Assembly (NCBI GenBank): GCA_963665115.1
Contig: OY762007.1
Location: 480,001 to 544,000, forward strand
DNA from: an uncultured Rivularia sp.
GTDB taxonomy: Bacteria; Cyanobacteriota; Cyanobacteriia; Cyanobacteriales; Nostocaceae
Reading direction: 5' to 3'
Length of the DNA stretch: 64,000 nt
The translations under genes were made by a program, and so were the position numbers. Position 1 is the first letter of the stretch, and each line of letters starts with the position of its first letter. Positions 10,790-21,779 of this stretch are shown here, piece by piece. Under the pieces are notes generated by a model. That model had not been told where the DNA came from. It searched no databases and saw only the letters and a program-made list of their open reading frames with translations.

Positions 10790-11100
10790 GAAATTTTTAA
10801 TCGTTACTCCAAAATTTGATAGTTTCAGACTTGGCATTTTAACTGTATGAAAGAATTAATAATTGGATCGCTCCCGTCATTGTGGGTTGCCGATTCCTAA
10901 ATGAATACTTCAAATAATCCGGAGAGCCATTGCTCACCATCTGTTTTTTTATTTGAAATGACTATATAAATTAAGATTTTCTTCATACTTTAATTGGGCA
11001 AACGGATATCAAAAACTGTATCCCTAATAGAAGAAAATCAATTTTGACAATAATAAAATTCTGGCTCTTCTTGGAATTGTCTGTTCGGTCAACTTTACAA

Positions 11101-11787
11101 TTAAGATTCTCTTAATACATAGCCGACACCGCGTACAGTTTGAATTAATCGTTTTTGACTTTCGTCTTCTATTTTTAGTCGCAGGTAGCGAATATAAACT
11201 TCGATGACGTTAGACTCGCCCATAAAGTCATAACCCCAAACATTTTCCAGAATCTGCTCGCGAGTTAACACTTCACGGGGATGTTCCATGAGATATTTTA
11301 GCAATTCAAATTCTTTCATTGTCAAATCAATGACTCGTTCGTTATTAATAGCACGACGAGTGGCTAGGTCTAAAATTAAATCTCCAAAACGCAATTGCTC
11401 AGAAGTATCAACATCTGGTTTCAAATACAAGCGAACCAGATTCATGAAATTTTCCGAACGGTAAGGCTTGAGAAAATAATCATCCGCACCTGCTTCTAAA
11501 CAAGCCACTCGATCGTCAATTGAATCTCTTGCCATTAACATTAGTATCGGAGCACACACACCACTACCTCTAAGATTTTTACATAACGAGATTCCCGATT
11601 CTCCGTGAAGCATTCTATCAACAACAATTAAAGCAGGTTGGCGATCGCGATTATGTTGCAAGCCAGAAACTGTATCGTGAGCCAAAATCGGTTCGTAACC
11701 AATTTCTTTTAAGTCGGAAGAAAGTTGGCTGGCAAGATTTTCGTCGCTTTCTATCACTAAAACACAAGGGTTATAAGCATTTTGCAT
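11101..11787 (-). CDS. nblR: OmpR-family response regulator NblR
   Basis: Atypical receiver (IES/VDR/LMA/KP) and winged helix with SNVIEVYIRYLRLKIE; adjacent to nadK. Confidence 0.85.
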   Translation of the reverse strand: MQNAYNPCVLVIESDENLASQLSSDLKEIGYEPILAHDTVSGLQHNRDRQPALIVVDRMLHGESGISLCKNLRGSGVCAPILMLMARDSIDDRVACLEAGADDYFLKPYRSENFMNLVRLYLKPDVDTSEQLRFGDLILDLATRRAINNERVIDLTMKEFELLKYLMEHPREVLTREQILENVWGYDFMGESNVIEVYIRYLRLKIEDESQKRLIQTVRGVGYVLRES

Positions 11788-12183
11788 TCGATTTTAGATT
11801 TTAGATTTTAGATTGTCTTCTTTAATCCAATCTAGGAGCAGGGCTATCAGACTTTTAATCAAGTTTTTACAAAATATATTTTACAAGCAACCGTTTTTTA
11901 CATCTGAGTGAAAAGTAAGACGCAAAATGATTGTAATAGTTGCCTTGGTTACAATTTATTTATACTGCATACGTTTCTACAAGATGTTTTAGCACGTCCA
12001 AGTATTAATCGAAGAAATTTAAATATCTAGTATTTTTAATAGTTTATTAACAATTGACTTTTTTATTTATGATAATGGGTGGGGAATTGGTAATTGGTAA
12101 TTGGTAATTGGGGATTGTGCATGGGGAGACGAGGAGAAGAATAACTTATTTATTTCCTACTCCCTACTCCCTACTCCTAACTC

Positions 12184-13110
12184 CTAACTGCGATTCGGAA
12201 GCTCTACAGAACTAGGCTTGGCAATATGAGGTAAACCCCAACCTAATTTTTCTCGTAAAACTTGGAAAAATTCGGGTGTTTGAAGGCGGATAAAACGAGC
12301 ACTGTAATCGGATTTTTCGATATAAATGCGGTCTTCTGGCAAAATATAACATCCAGCGTTGCCATCAACTGTCATCACTAATTGGGTTGCATTTACCGAA
12401 TGAATATTAACTGGTTCGCTATCTGGAAATACTAATGCTCTTGATGCTAAAGAATGAGGGCAAATAGGTACTAGCTGTAATACTGCAACACCGGGAGTTA
12501 TGACTGGGCCACCAGCACTTAAACAATAGGCTGTGGAACCCGTTGGTGTAGAAACAATAATGCCATCTGCGGCTATATCTACAGCAGCATGACCACCAAT
12601 TCCGATTTCAAAATGGCACATCGAAGTCAAAGGCTCGCGATGCAATACCATTTCATTTAGACATAGAGCTTCCCAAAATACTGTTTCTTTACGAAACACT
12701 TTGACGGCAAGCATTGCCCTCTCTTCGATTTGATAATTACCCTGGCTTACTTGTTCTACTGCTTGAGGTAATTGATTAACATAAGCTTCAGTTAAAAAGC
12801 CCATGTGACCAGTATTTATCGCCAGCATAGGAATTTTGCAGGGTGCGACTTGGCGAGATGCGGATAAAACCGTACCATCACCTCCTAATACCACTACGAA
12901 TTTCATAGATGAATCGAAACCGGGGGGAGTCAGCCCATCTATTGGCGTATGACATACAGGGCTTCGCGGAGTCGAATAGCCCAAAATTCCACCGATACCA
13001 GTCGCGACACATACGTCCCAACCTTTTTCGGTGAACTTTGCTTCTAATTCGATAGCGATGTCATTCGCTATCGGCTTTTCGTCATTGTATATAATGCCTA
13101 CTTTCGGCAC
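12184..13110 (-). CDS. nadK: NAD(+) kinase
   Basis: [18 protein letters not shown] start at 13110 preferred. Confidence 0.93.
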   Translation of the reverse strand: MPKVGIIYNDEKPIANDIAIELEAKFTEKGWDVCVATGIGGILGYSTPRSPVCHTPIDGLTPPGFDSSMKFVVVLGGDGTVLSASRQVAPCKIPMLAINTGHMGFLTEAYVNQLPQAVEQVSQGNYQIEERAMLAVKVFRKETVFWEALCLNEMVLHREPLTSMCHFEIGIGGHAAVDIAADGIIVSTPTGSTAYCLSAGGPVITPGVAVLQLVPICPHSLASRALVFPDSEPVNIHSVNATQLVMTVDGNAGCYILPEDRIYIEKSDYSARFIRLQTPEFFQVLREKLGWGLPHIAKPSSVELPNRS

Positions 13111-13301
13111 GTTCAAATATCCAAATTTAAGGAACCGTTTTTTATGTAATTTATAGTTACACATTTTGCGTGTCTAGTACACACTTTATATTGAAAGGGA
13201 ATGGGGCATGGGGCATGGGGCAATAGTTAAAGGTAATAAGTACCAGAATTTATAATTTCTTACCAACTCCCAATCCCCTATGCCCTATGCCCAATCCCCT
13301 T

Positions 13302-14286
13302 TTAAGAAGATTGTTTAAAAGGAGTTCTTTTCTCTTTCTTTTTCTTACTTTTATTTTGCTGGTAATCGAGTTTCTCTAAGTTTTTTGGTAATTCTGTTGA
13401 AATATTCTTGCAAATAAGATTCTAAAGTAGTTACTTCGCTTTTATCTATGTCAAAGGCTTTGTATGTCTCATCCATTGAAGCATCTAATGCCTTACCGCT
13501 TGCCAAAACTTCTGTAAATGAAAGTCTATCGGATACGTTCCATCCCCATTGAAAGATACGCAGCAGATTACGAATGGTGCGAAGTAAGTTTAACGGCATC
13601 CGGGTTATTCTTGCTGTCTTGCCGGATAAACGTTCGCATAAGTTAATGACTTCTTGGGCACTCCAAGCACGAGTTCCCACCACTGGGAAGGTTTTATTTT
13701 CAGTTTCTTCAGTTTTGAGCGCTTTGATGGCAAATTTTGCAATATCTTGAGTATCCATATAAGCAATGGGGGAAGAATCTCCCGTTACCCATACTGGCTG
13801 TGCTTCTAAAATCGGAATACCGTATTGTCCAATTAAGCCCTGCATGAAGCCTGCTAACTGTAAAACGGTGTAATTTAAGCCGGATTCTGCCAAAAATAGT
13901 TCCGTACACCGCTTGATTTCCATCAAGGGTACTTCTGGATAATCTTGGTTATTCAATATTGAGAAAAAGATAAAGCGTTCAACATTCGCTGCTGCTGCCG
14001 CTTGAATTAATGCTACTTTCCCATCCCAATCTACTTGTTTAATACTTAGTGAATCTGTGGGACGAGAAGTGGATGCATCTATTACCGCATCTACACCATC
14101 AAGTGCTGCTTCGAGGGTTTCAGGGTAGCATAAATCTCCCCGGACTAATTCTGCACCCCATTCTTTAAGAAATGATGCTTTCCTAGAACTTCGGGCAAGA
14201 CAACGTACCTCATAACCTTCATCGATCGCATGACGAGCAACCTGTCTTCCCAAGGTACCGGTAGCACCTACTATCAATATTTTCAT
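13302..14286 (-). CDS. ycf39: Ycf39 / NmrA-like SDR protein with an apparent +1 frameshift at 13371-13373
   Basis: GATGTLG, VDWDGKVALIQAA, PLMEIK. Removing one base gives the tail ELDYQQNKSKKKKEKRTPFKQSS*. Confidence 0.85.
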
Positions 14287-14457
14287 CAGGTTTGATTAAA
14301 AAATGTTAACTTTTATTAAAACGATTTTATCAGAATTGTTTTTTTAAGCAAAAGTAATGCAAAATTTGTGACTTAAAACCGCTGTAGAATGGCAGAGACT
14401 ACATTTAAAGTCTCTAGCCAAAGTTTAAAGAGCTTTTCTGTGAATTGTAGACTACTC

Positions 14458-14565
14458 TTATTCTGGCTCTGCACCTTGAATTTTGAGTAACAAAGCACCT
14501 ATAGCCCAACCAACGAAGATTAAGCCGAAGGATAATACAGCTGCGTTGAACATTTCGCCGCCCAT
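14458..14565 (-). CDS. petM: Cytochrome b6f subunit 7 (PetM)
   Basis: Manual translation [35 protein letters not shown], with AGGAG RBS upstream. Confidence 0.93.
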   Translation of the reverse strand: MGGEMFNAAVLSFGLIFVGWAIGALLLKIQGAEPE

Positions 14566-14714
14566 GTGAGTTCTCCTTTATGAATCGTTTTATTAAGATA
14601 AGTTTACCAGAGCAGTTGTTAACTGGGGGATTGGGGATGGGGGATTGGGGATTGGGCATTGGTAGTTGGGGTAGAAAGAAATTAAAATTGCTAAATTCTA
14701 ACTATTAACTCTTC

Positions 14715-14828
14715 TCATAATTCCTAATTCCTAACTCATAATTCCTAACTCATAATTCCTAATTCCTAACTCATAACTCATAACTCATAACTCCTAATTC
14801 CTAATTCCTAACTCCTAACTCCTAACTA
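14715..14828. repeat. STRR heptamer array (CCTAATT / CATAACT variants)
   Basis: Directly visible degenerate 7-mers. Confidence 0.85.
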
Positions 14829-14833
14829 TTCTT

Positions 14834-15883
14834 ATGTATCAATTAACTCCAGAACAAGCTGTTTCCAGTTTAGATATTCGTCCTCGTTTGGCGGTGACTT
14901 TGGGGGACCCGGCAGGGATTGGAACTGAAGTTGTTTTAAAGGCTTTGACCGATCCGGATGTTGGTCAATATTGCAATTTAACTGTAGTTGGAAACCGAGA
15001 TTTACTATTAACAAATTATACTAGTTTGCGGTTAAATGAGAATATAGATTTTTTAGATGTAAATTTGGACGGCAATATTAAAGAAGAAGTTACTCTGGGT
15101 GTTGAAAATGCGGCGAGTGGTGCGGCAAGTTTTGCTTATATGGAAGCTGCTATAGCTGCTACGCTTGCGGGGAATTTTGATGGTATCGTTACTGGGCCAA
15201 TTGCTAAGTCTGCTTGGAAGGCTGCGGGTTATAATTATCCGGGGCAAACGGAACTTTTAGCTCAGAAGGCTGGTATAGATAAATTTGGAATGCTTTTTGT
15301 AGCTCGATCGCCTCATACTAATTGGACTCTGCGAACTCTGCTTGCAACCACACATATACCATTGTGTCAAGTTCCAGAAACGCTGACACCGGAATTGATG
15401 ACGCAGAAGCTTGATTTATTGGTGGAATGTTTGGAAACAGATTTTGGGATAAAAAATGGAAAGATTGCGATCGCAGGATTGAATCCCCACAGTGGAGAAA
15501 AAGGACAGTTGGGGCGTGAAGAAGCAGATTGGTTGATTGATTGGTTGGAAGAAGAAAAGACAAAGCGTCCAAATTTAACTTTAATTGGTCCAATTCCTCC
15601 AGATACAATGTGGGTGAAACCGGGACAAGCTTGGTATGGTAATTCTAAAGTTCAAGCAGCCGATGGTTATTTAGCGCTTTACCACGATCAAGGTTTGATT
15701 CCGGTAAAATTAATGGCTTTCGATCGAGCAGTTAATACTACGATTGGATTACCTTTTATTAGAACATCTCCCGATCACGGAACAGCATTTGATATTGCTG
15801 GTAAGGGAATTGCCGACGCTACAAGTATGAAAGCTGCAATTGAGTTAGCGAGTGAGTTAGTATCTGTGAGGTTGGCAAAATAA
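14834..15883 (+). CDS. pdxA: 4-hydroxythreonine-4-phosphate dehydrogenase
   Basis: [34 protein letters not shown]. Confidence 0.96.
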   Translation: MYQLTPEQAVSSLDIRPRLAVTLGDPAGIGTEVVLKALTDPDVGQYCNLTVVGNRDLLLTNYTSLRLNENIDFLDVNLDGNIKEEVTLGVENAASGAASFAYMEAAIAATLAGNFDGIVTGPIAKSAWKAAGYNYPGQTELLAQKAGIDKFGMLFVARSPHTNWTLRTLLATTHIPLCQVPETLTPELMTQKLDLLVECLETDFGIKNGKIAIAGLNPHSGEKGQLGREEADWLIDWLEEEKTKRPNLTLIGPIPPDTMWVKPGQAWYGNSKVQAADGYLALYHDQGLIPVKLMAFDRAVNTTIGLPFIRTSPDHGTAFDIAGKGIADATSMKAAIELASELVSVRLAK

Positions 15884-15998
15884 TATATTTCTGTACCAAT
15901 TCTCTATCAAAAGATAATAACAGTTTAATTTTTGGTTAAGGAGTTATTAACAGGGGGCATCTATATTTTAATTACCCTTTCCTCCCCTGGATAATATC

Positions 15999-17495
15999 AT
16001 GCTTCGTAAGCTATTCTTTTTTCTCTTTTTCCTAATCGGGCTTTATGGTTGTTTTGGATATAAAACAAGTATTAACAACACGACTGTTGCACAAAGCCAA
16101 GTGGTATTGACTTCACAAATAGAAAATGTTGGTGTTCCGAAGAATAAAGCTCAAACAATTTTAACTTTTGCCAAATCTGAGAATGTTATTTATGTCGCTG
16201 TCAATGGTAGTAATAAAACTGGTAATGGCAGTTTAGATAAACCATTACAAACTTTAGAGAAAGCTTTCAAAGTTGCGAAAAAGAACGCTTTGATTAAGAT
16301 GGGTGAAGGTACTTTTGAAGTCAACCGGATGATAACAGTTTCTTCTCACGTCAGTTTAGAAGGTATTGGCGAAAAAACGGTTATTGTACCAAGTAATAAT
16401 TATAAAGGTGTACTTTTTGAAGCAAAGGATTTTAAGAACAAAAAAGGTGATGGCTATCAGTATTTTCGGAATTTTTATGTCGATGGAAAAGACAGAGCCA
16501 AATTAGGATTCCGGGCTTGGGGTAGAGAGAATACTTTGTTTGAAAATATTACTTTTAAAAATTTGAATAATGCTGGTATTGATATTTCAGGTTTAAATGG
16601 TGAAATCAGTAGTTGTCGATTTATTAATGCTGCTGGTAGGGAAGGTAAGAAAAATCAACATTTCTCTGGAGCAATCCGATTTATGGGTACTAAAGGCTTG
16701 CAAATCCATGATAACTATATAGAAGAGAATTCTGGCGGTGGTATTAAAAGCGTTGCCAGTAAAATTCGTGATACTCAAATATATAATAATAAAATTAATA
16801 TTACAGGTTCAAAAAAGAAACCAGTAAATAAGTCTGCTTCTATTGAAATTTGGGATTTACAAAAAGGAAATAAAATCTACAATAACGATTTAAATGGTTG
16901 GGTTTCATTAATCAATCAATGGAATAAAGACGAAGAAATTGCAGAAACTGGTAACTTGATTTTCTATAAGAATAAATTGTACGCAAATCCCGGTGTAACT
17001 GACGATATGTCAGGTTTAGAATTAGGTATGAAGGGAGCCGAATTTTATGAAAATACTTTTAATGGATATAAACATCGTATTTTCTGGATAGAAGGTTGGG
17101 GTGGAAAGAAAAAAACGACTAAAAATATTACCATTCATCATAATACGTTTAACGATTGCGGTAATGCAATGAATCTCGGTCCGAATGGAAATGGGGTTGA
17201 AAATCTGAAGTTTTATGATAATTGGATTCAGAATTGTAATGGTGTAGCTATGGGAATGGGAGGAAATAAAAAGTTAGTTAACATTGCACTTACCGATAAT
17301 ATTTTTGTCAATGCTAAGAAAGCTATTTCTTTAAGTGGGAAGAGCAAACAGTATGTTAAACTTCGTATTGCTGATAATAAAGCTTATAGTTCCAAAGTTG
17401 GTCTGGACAATAATGTTAATGGATTAAATATTCGCCAAAGTAATCCAGTGACTTTAAAAAAAGGTTTGCCAGCGAATAAAGATTCTGATAACTAA
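15999..17495 (+). CDS. Secreted right-handed parallel beta-helix protein
   Basis: Signal or lipoprotein-like N-terminus, IYVAVNGSN..GNGSLDKPLQT, and N/G/I-rich beta-helix periodicity. Confidence 0.7.
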   Translation: MLRKLFFFLFFLIGLYGCFGYKTSINNTTVAQSQVVLTSQIENVGVPKNKAQTILTFAKSENVIYVAVNGSNKTGNGSLDKPLQTLEKAFKVAKKNALIKMGEGTFEVNRMITVSSHVSLEGIGEKTVIVPSNNYKGVLFEAKDFKNKKGDGYQYFRNFYVDGKDRAKLGFRAWGRENTLFENITFKNLNNAGIDISGLNGEISSCRFINAAGREGKKNQHFSGAIRFMGTKGLQIHDNYIEENSGGGIKSVASKIRDTQIYNNKINITGSKKKPVNKSASIEIWDLQKGNKIYNNDLNGWVSLINQWNKDEEIAETGNLIFYKNKLYANPGVTDDMSGLELGMKGAEFYENTFNGYKHRIFWIEGWGGKKKTTKNITIHHNTFNDCGNAMNLGPNGNGVENLKFYDNWIQNCNGVAMGMGGNKKLVNIALTDNIFVNAKKAISLSGKSKQYVKLRIADNKAYSSKVGLDNNVNGLNIRQSNPVTLKKGLPANKDSDN

Positions 17496-17623
17496 TTGAG
17501 CAAAGCAAAAATCTACCATTCTGCATAGGTGATGCATCACACAGCTTTCTCTCACATCTAAATTCCAAGAATTTTTCTAAATAACACTTCGCATTCTTTA
17601 TTTTCGGGTTATGCTAGTATTAT

Positions 17624-17724
17624 GGTGATTTAGATAACCTTAATCCACCGAAATTTCCACACTTCACACACACTATATTTGAAATCAGTAGCTCTGCAAT
17701 CAAAGGATGCTACTGATTTTTTTT
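17624..17724 (+). ncRNA. Candidate small RNA (5' hairpin, C/A-rich linker, terminator)
   Basis: TAGTAT -10-like box at 17615, GGTGATTTAG...TTAATCCACC hairpin, CCACACTTCACACACAC linker, AAATCAGTAGC...GCTACTGATTTTTTT terminator. Confidence 0.35.
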
Positions 17725-17912
17725 ATTTATAAGACAGAAAATAAAAAAGTAGTAATCTATACTCTCAGTGCTGACAGTGAAAACCGCTGAAAACCTACTA
17801 TTTTAAGAGCGTTGAGGAAATTTCAATGCTTATTATATATAAGAATTAAAATATCCCCCTTAAAAAAACAAAGGGGGATTCTAACGTTTACTAATATGTC
17901 TATCGTAGAAAA

Positions 17913-18197
17913 CTAAGTACTAGGTGTAGGTGCTTCTCCTAACGGCATTACTGCACTTATTTGAGGTGCGTGGGCAAAAAACGCTATGCCTCCGCAGGTA
18001 GGACACTGTACTCTATGATCTATTGGTTCGCTGCCATCGTGATGGGTTTGAATTAATAAAGGTTGATCGCATTTATAGCATTGTGTAAAAACACGCGGGC
18101 TATCAGTATTGCAATCTACCACCGTAATTGGCTGGAATTTTTTAGGTACTGGTGGTTTAGGTTTTGGTTTTGGGGTATTCTGTGAATCTGTCATCAA
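17913..18197 (-). CDS. Small putative zinc-ribbon protein
   Basis: CYKC and CPTC pairs, Pro/Lys-rich N-terminus. Confidence 0.55.
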   Translation of the reverse strand: MMTDSQNTPKPKPKPPVPKKFQPITVVDCNTDSPRVFTQCYKCDQPLLIQTHHDGSEPIDHRVQCPTCGGIAFFAHAPQISAVMPLGEAPTPST

Positions 18198-18635
18198 ATT
18201 ATGTGTTTACTAGCTTTACTTGAGTTGTGTTTTGAGAACCTACATATAATGACTTACAAATCAATTATTGCAAAATCACCACATTTGTTGTGCATTAATT
18301 TTCACTCGGGCATAGGCTTTCTACTACACAAAGCTATTTAAAACAATCTAAAGATAATTTGAGCGATCGCCTCCACTTCCCATTACTCGGGCTAATGCAC
18401 TCATGAAGCGCCGCGCCTCCGATCAACTCAACTTCCACCAATCTGCCATACCACACGATAAAAATTGGCGATATTCTTCGGAATTGCTCATCAGCAGAAA
18501 TTGATTACATCTGCATTTATACAGGTAGATAAACAATAATATTTACCAAAACTACTTAAAAAGTTTAAAATCCCTTCAAATTTTTCTGAAATAATATTTT
18601 TAACCGTCAAACTGCAAGCACTGCTACAAATATTA

Positions 18636-21600
18636 GTGACTTACAATACCTCTATCAAAACCATTTTAATTCTCGCCGCTAATCCCAAAACTACCTCCCG
18701 ATTGCGCTTGGATGAAGAAATACGAGAAATTGATGACGGGTTGAAGAATAGCGAACATTTTAGGTTGGTAACTAAATTGGCTGTGCGTCAGCGTGATTTT
18801 TACAGGGCAATTCTAGAATATCAGCCGCAAATTATTCACTTTTGCGGGCATGGTGAGGGAGATGATGGAATTGTTTTAGAAGATGATATTGGACAATCTG
18901 TGACTATGGGAAACTGAAGCCCTATCTCGATTGTTTAAATTATTTGCTGTCAAAGGAGTTGAATGTGTTGTTCTTAATGCTTGCTACTCGGAGGTGCAAA
19001 CCTTAGCTATTAGCCAATACATAAAATATGTGGTTGGCATGAATACAGCTATTGGGGATAAAGCTGCAATTAATTTTGCTGTCGCTTTTTACGATGCATT
19101 AGGAGCAGGGGAAGATGTGCAGTTTGCTTATGATTTGGGCTGTAGTCAACTTGTTGGATTAAATGAAGATAGTACTCCAGTTCTCAAAATTACGGAAATA
19201 CATCCTGCTGATATTCAATTTGTCGCTGGTGATATTCCTCCCAATCCATATTTAGGATTATCTGCTTTTGCAGAAAAAGATGCGGCTTTCTTTTTTGGCA
19301 GGGAGAAGTTTACGGATGAGTTATTTGATATGGTTCATCAGCAAAACTTAGTAGCAGTAATTGGTGCTAGCGGTAGTGGAAAATCTTCGGTGGTGTTTGC
19401 AGGTTTAATTCCCAAACTGCGAGAAGAAGGAACTTGGTTGATAGAATCATTTCGTCCCAAAAGTCAACCCTTTGATGAACTAGCTTTGGCTTTGGTAAGC
19501 CAATTAGAACCCAATATTGATGGTGTAGATAAAACTATTAAAGTTGGTAAATTAGCAGAAAGTTTAAACAAAGGGGAAGTCAAATTACATCAAGTTGCAT
19601 CACAAATTTTAGAAAATCAACCACAAAAACGCTTTCTATTAATCGTAGACCAATTTGAAGAACTTTATACTCAATCTCAAGATAAAGAACAGCAACAAAG
19701 CTTTATTGATACATTACTTTTAGCTGTTAATCAAAAAAGTATCACATTAGTTTTTACATTACGTGCTGACTTCTACGGTTATGTGCTTTCTTACCGTCCA
19801 TTTAGCGATGCATTAGGGCAAATTACTTTTAAACCGTTGGGGTTAATGAATCGCGATGAATTACTTACAGCTATTGAACAACCTGCCCAAAAGTTAGGGG
19901 TAAAATTACAAACCCATTTGGCAGAAAGAATACTTGATGATGTTGGTCAAGAGCCAGGAAATTTACCATTATTAGAATTTGCTTTAACTCAATTATGGGA
20001 CAAGCAAAAGAATAATCAATTAACTCACCAAGCTTACGATGAAATTGGTGGTGTCAAACAAGCTTTAGTTAAACATACAGAAGAAGTTTATCACAAATTA
20101 AGTGAAGCACAAAAGCAGCAAGCACAGCGTATTTTTCTTTCTTTAGTAAGGTTGGGAGAAACAACAGAAGATACCCGACGTGTAGCGACTCGTGAAGAAA
20201 TTGGCAAGCAAAATTCGGATTTAGTCAGGTATTTAGCAGGTTCACAAACCCGGTTATTAGTGACAGGAAGGAAAGATAAATCGGGAGAAGAAACAGTAGA
20301 AGTTGTTCATGAAGCGCTGATACGAGAGTGGGGAACTTTGCGTAAATGGGTAGATGAAAATCGGGAGAAATTGATACAGAAGCGTAAGATTGAAGCGGCA
20401 GCAATTGAGTGGCGAGATAAAAATAAATTAAAAGGTTATTTGTTGACAGGGAGACAATTAAAAGATGCTCAAGCATTTCAGAAACAGCAGAATATTAATT
20501 TAGGATTATCAGATTTGGCTAGTGAATTTATTAAAACAAGCAACAAGCAACAGCGAGTTAGGTTGCTTCAAACATCTAGTATTTTAATAATTCCGATTTT
20601 AATTGCGGCAGGAATTATAGTTCCATATCAACGACAGCAAAGTTATAACCAAGCCTGGGAAATTATCAGAAGTCGTAAACAAGGAACTCGTGCAGCACTA
20701 GAGTTACTCACTGAAGGCTGTTGGGCAAAAGATATTCCTATTTTCAGTTTGTTTTTTGGTGAATGTCATAACTTTGTTGGTACTGACCTCAGTCGTGCCA
20801 ACTTCAATAATGCCAACCTCAATAATGCCTACCTCTGGAGTGCCAACCTCAGTCGTGCCGAACTCTGGGGTGCCAACCTAGAACGTGCCAACCTTAATAA
20901 TGCCAACCTAGAAGGTGCCAACTTCAATGATGCCAACCTCAAAAATTCCTACCTCAGTAATGCCAACCTAGAAGGTGCCAACCTCAAAAATGCCAACCTC
21001 AAAAATGCCTACCTCTGGGATACCGAACTCAATAATGCCGAACTTAATAACGCCAACCTAGAAGGTGCCGAACTCAATAATGCCAAACTCAGTAATGCCA
21101 ACCTAGAAGGTGCCAACCTCAAAAATACCTACCTCAGTGGTGCCGAACTCTGGGGTGCCAATCTAGAACGTGCCAAGCTCTGGGATGCCAATCTACAACG
21201 TGCCAACCTACAACGTGCCAACCTCAAAAATGCCAACCTCAAAAATGCCAACCTCAAAAATGCCAACCTCAAAAATGCCAACCTCAAAAATGCCTACCTC
21301 AGTAATGCCAACCTCATTGATGCCGATCTCAGTCATGCCAACCTCATTGATGCCTACCTCAGTCATGCCAACCTCATTCGTGCCGACCTCAGAAATGCCA
21401 ATCTCATTAATGCCGACCTCATTGATACCGATTTCATTGATGCCGATCTCAGTGATGCTGACCTCAGTGATGCTGACCTCTTTATTGCTAACCTCACTGG
21501 TGCCTACCTTGTTGGAGCCAATCTCGCTAGTGCTAACCTCATTGGTGCCAACCTCAGTGGTGCAATATTCTGGGATAAAACTTCGGGTGAAGCCAAAAAC

Positions 21601-21696
21601 ATAACCCCAGAACAAATCAAAGAAGCCAAAAACTGGGAGAAAGGAATATATAGCCCAGAATTTCGCAAAAAATTAGGTTTACCACCAGAGAAATAA
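18636..21696 (+). CDS. CHAT protease - STAND NTPase - TM - pentapeptide repeat protein with an apparent +1 frameshift at 18908-18910
   Basis: ILILAANP, HFCGHG, VVLNACYS; NPYLGL..F, GASGSGKSS, LIVDQFEELY, LPLLEFAL; TM ILIIPILIAAGIIV; about 50 A(N/D)Lxx repeats. The ORFs join as VTMETEALSRLFKLF. Confidence 0.88.
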
Positions 21697-21779
21697 CCAT
21701 CACCTTCTAGGAACGGCTAACAGCATCACTTCTGAACACAACTCATAAGAAGTCAGTTACAAGAAACTTGATTTCCCAA

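Noticed and set aside
14414..14659. 81 aa ORF
   Set aside because: Starts in an STRR array and overlaps petM in another frame
18360..18530. GC-richer intergenic patch, possible gene remnant
   Set aside because: No recognisable protein in the minus-strand frames I translated
21170..21615. MPTSK and EVGIF repeat ORFs
   Set aside because: Alternative-frame shadows of the pentapeptide repeats
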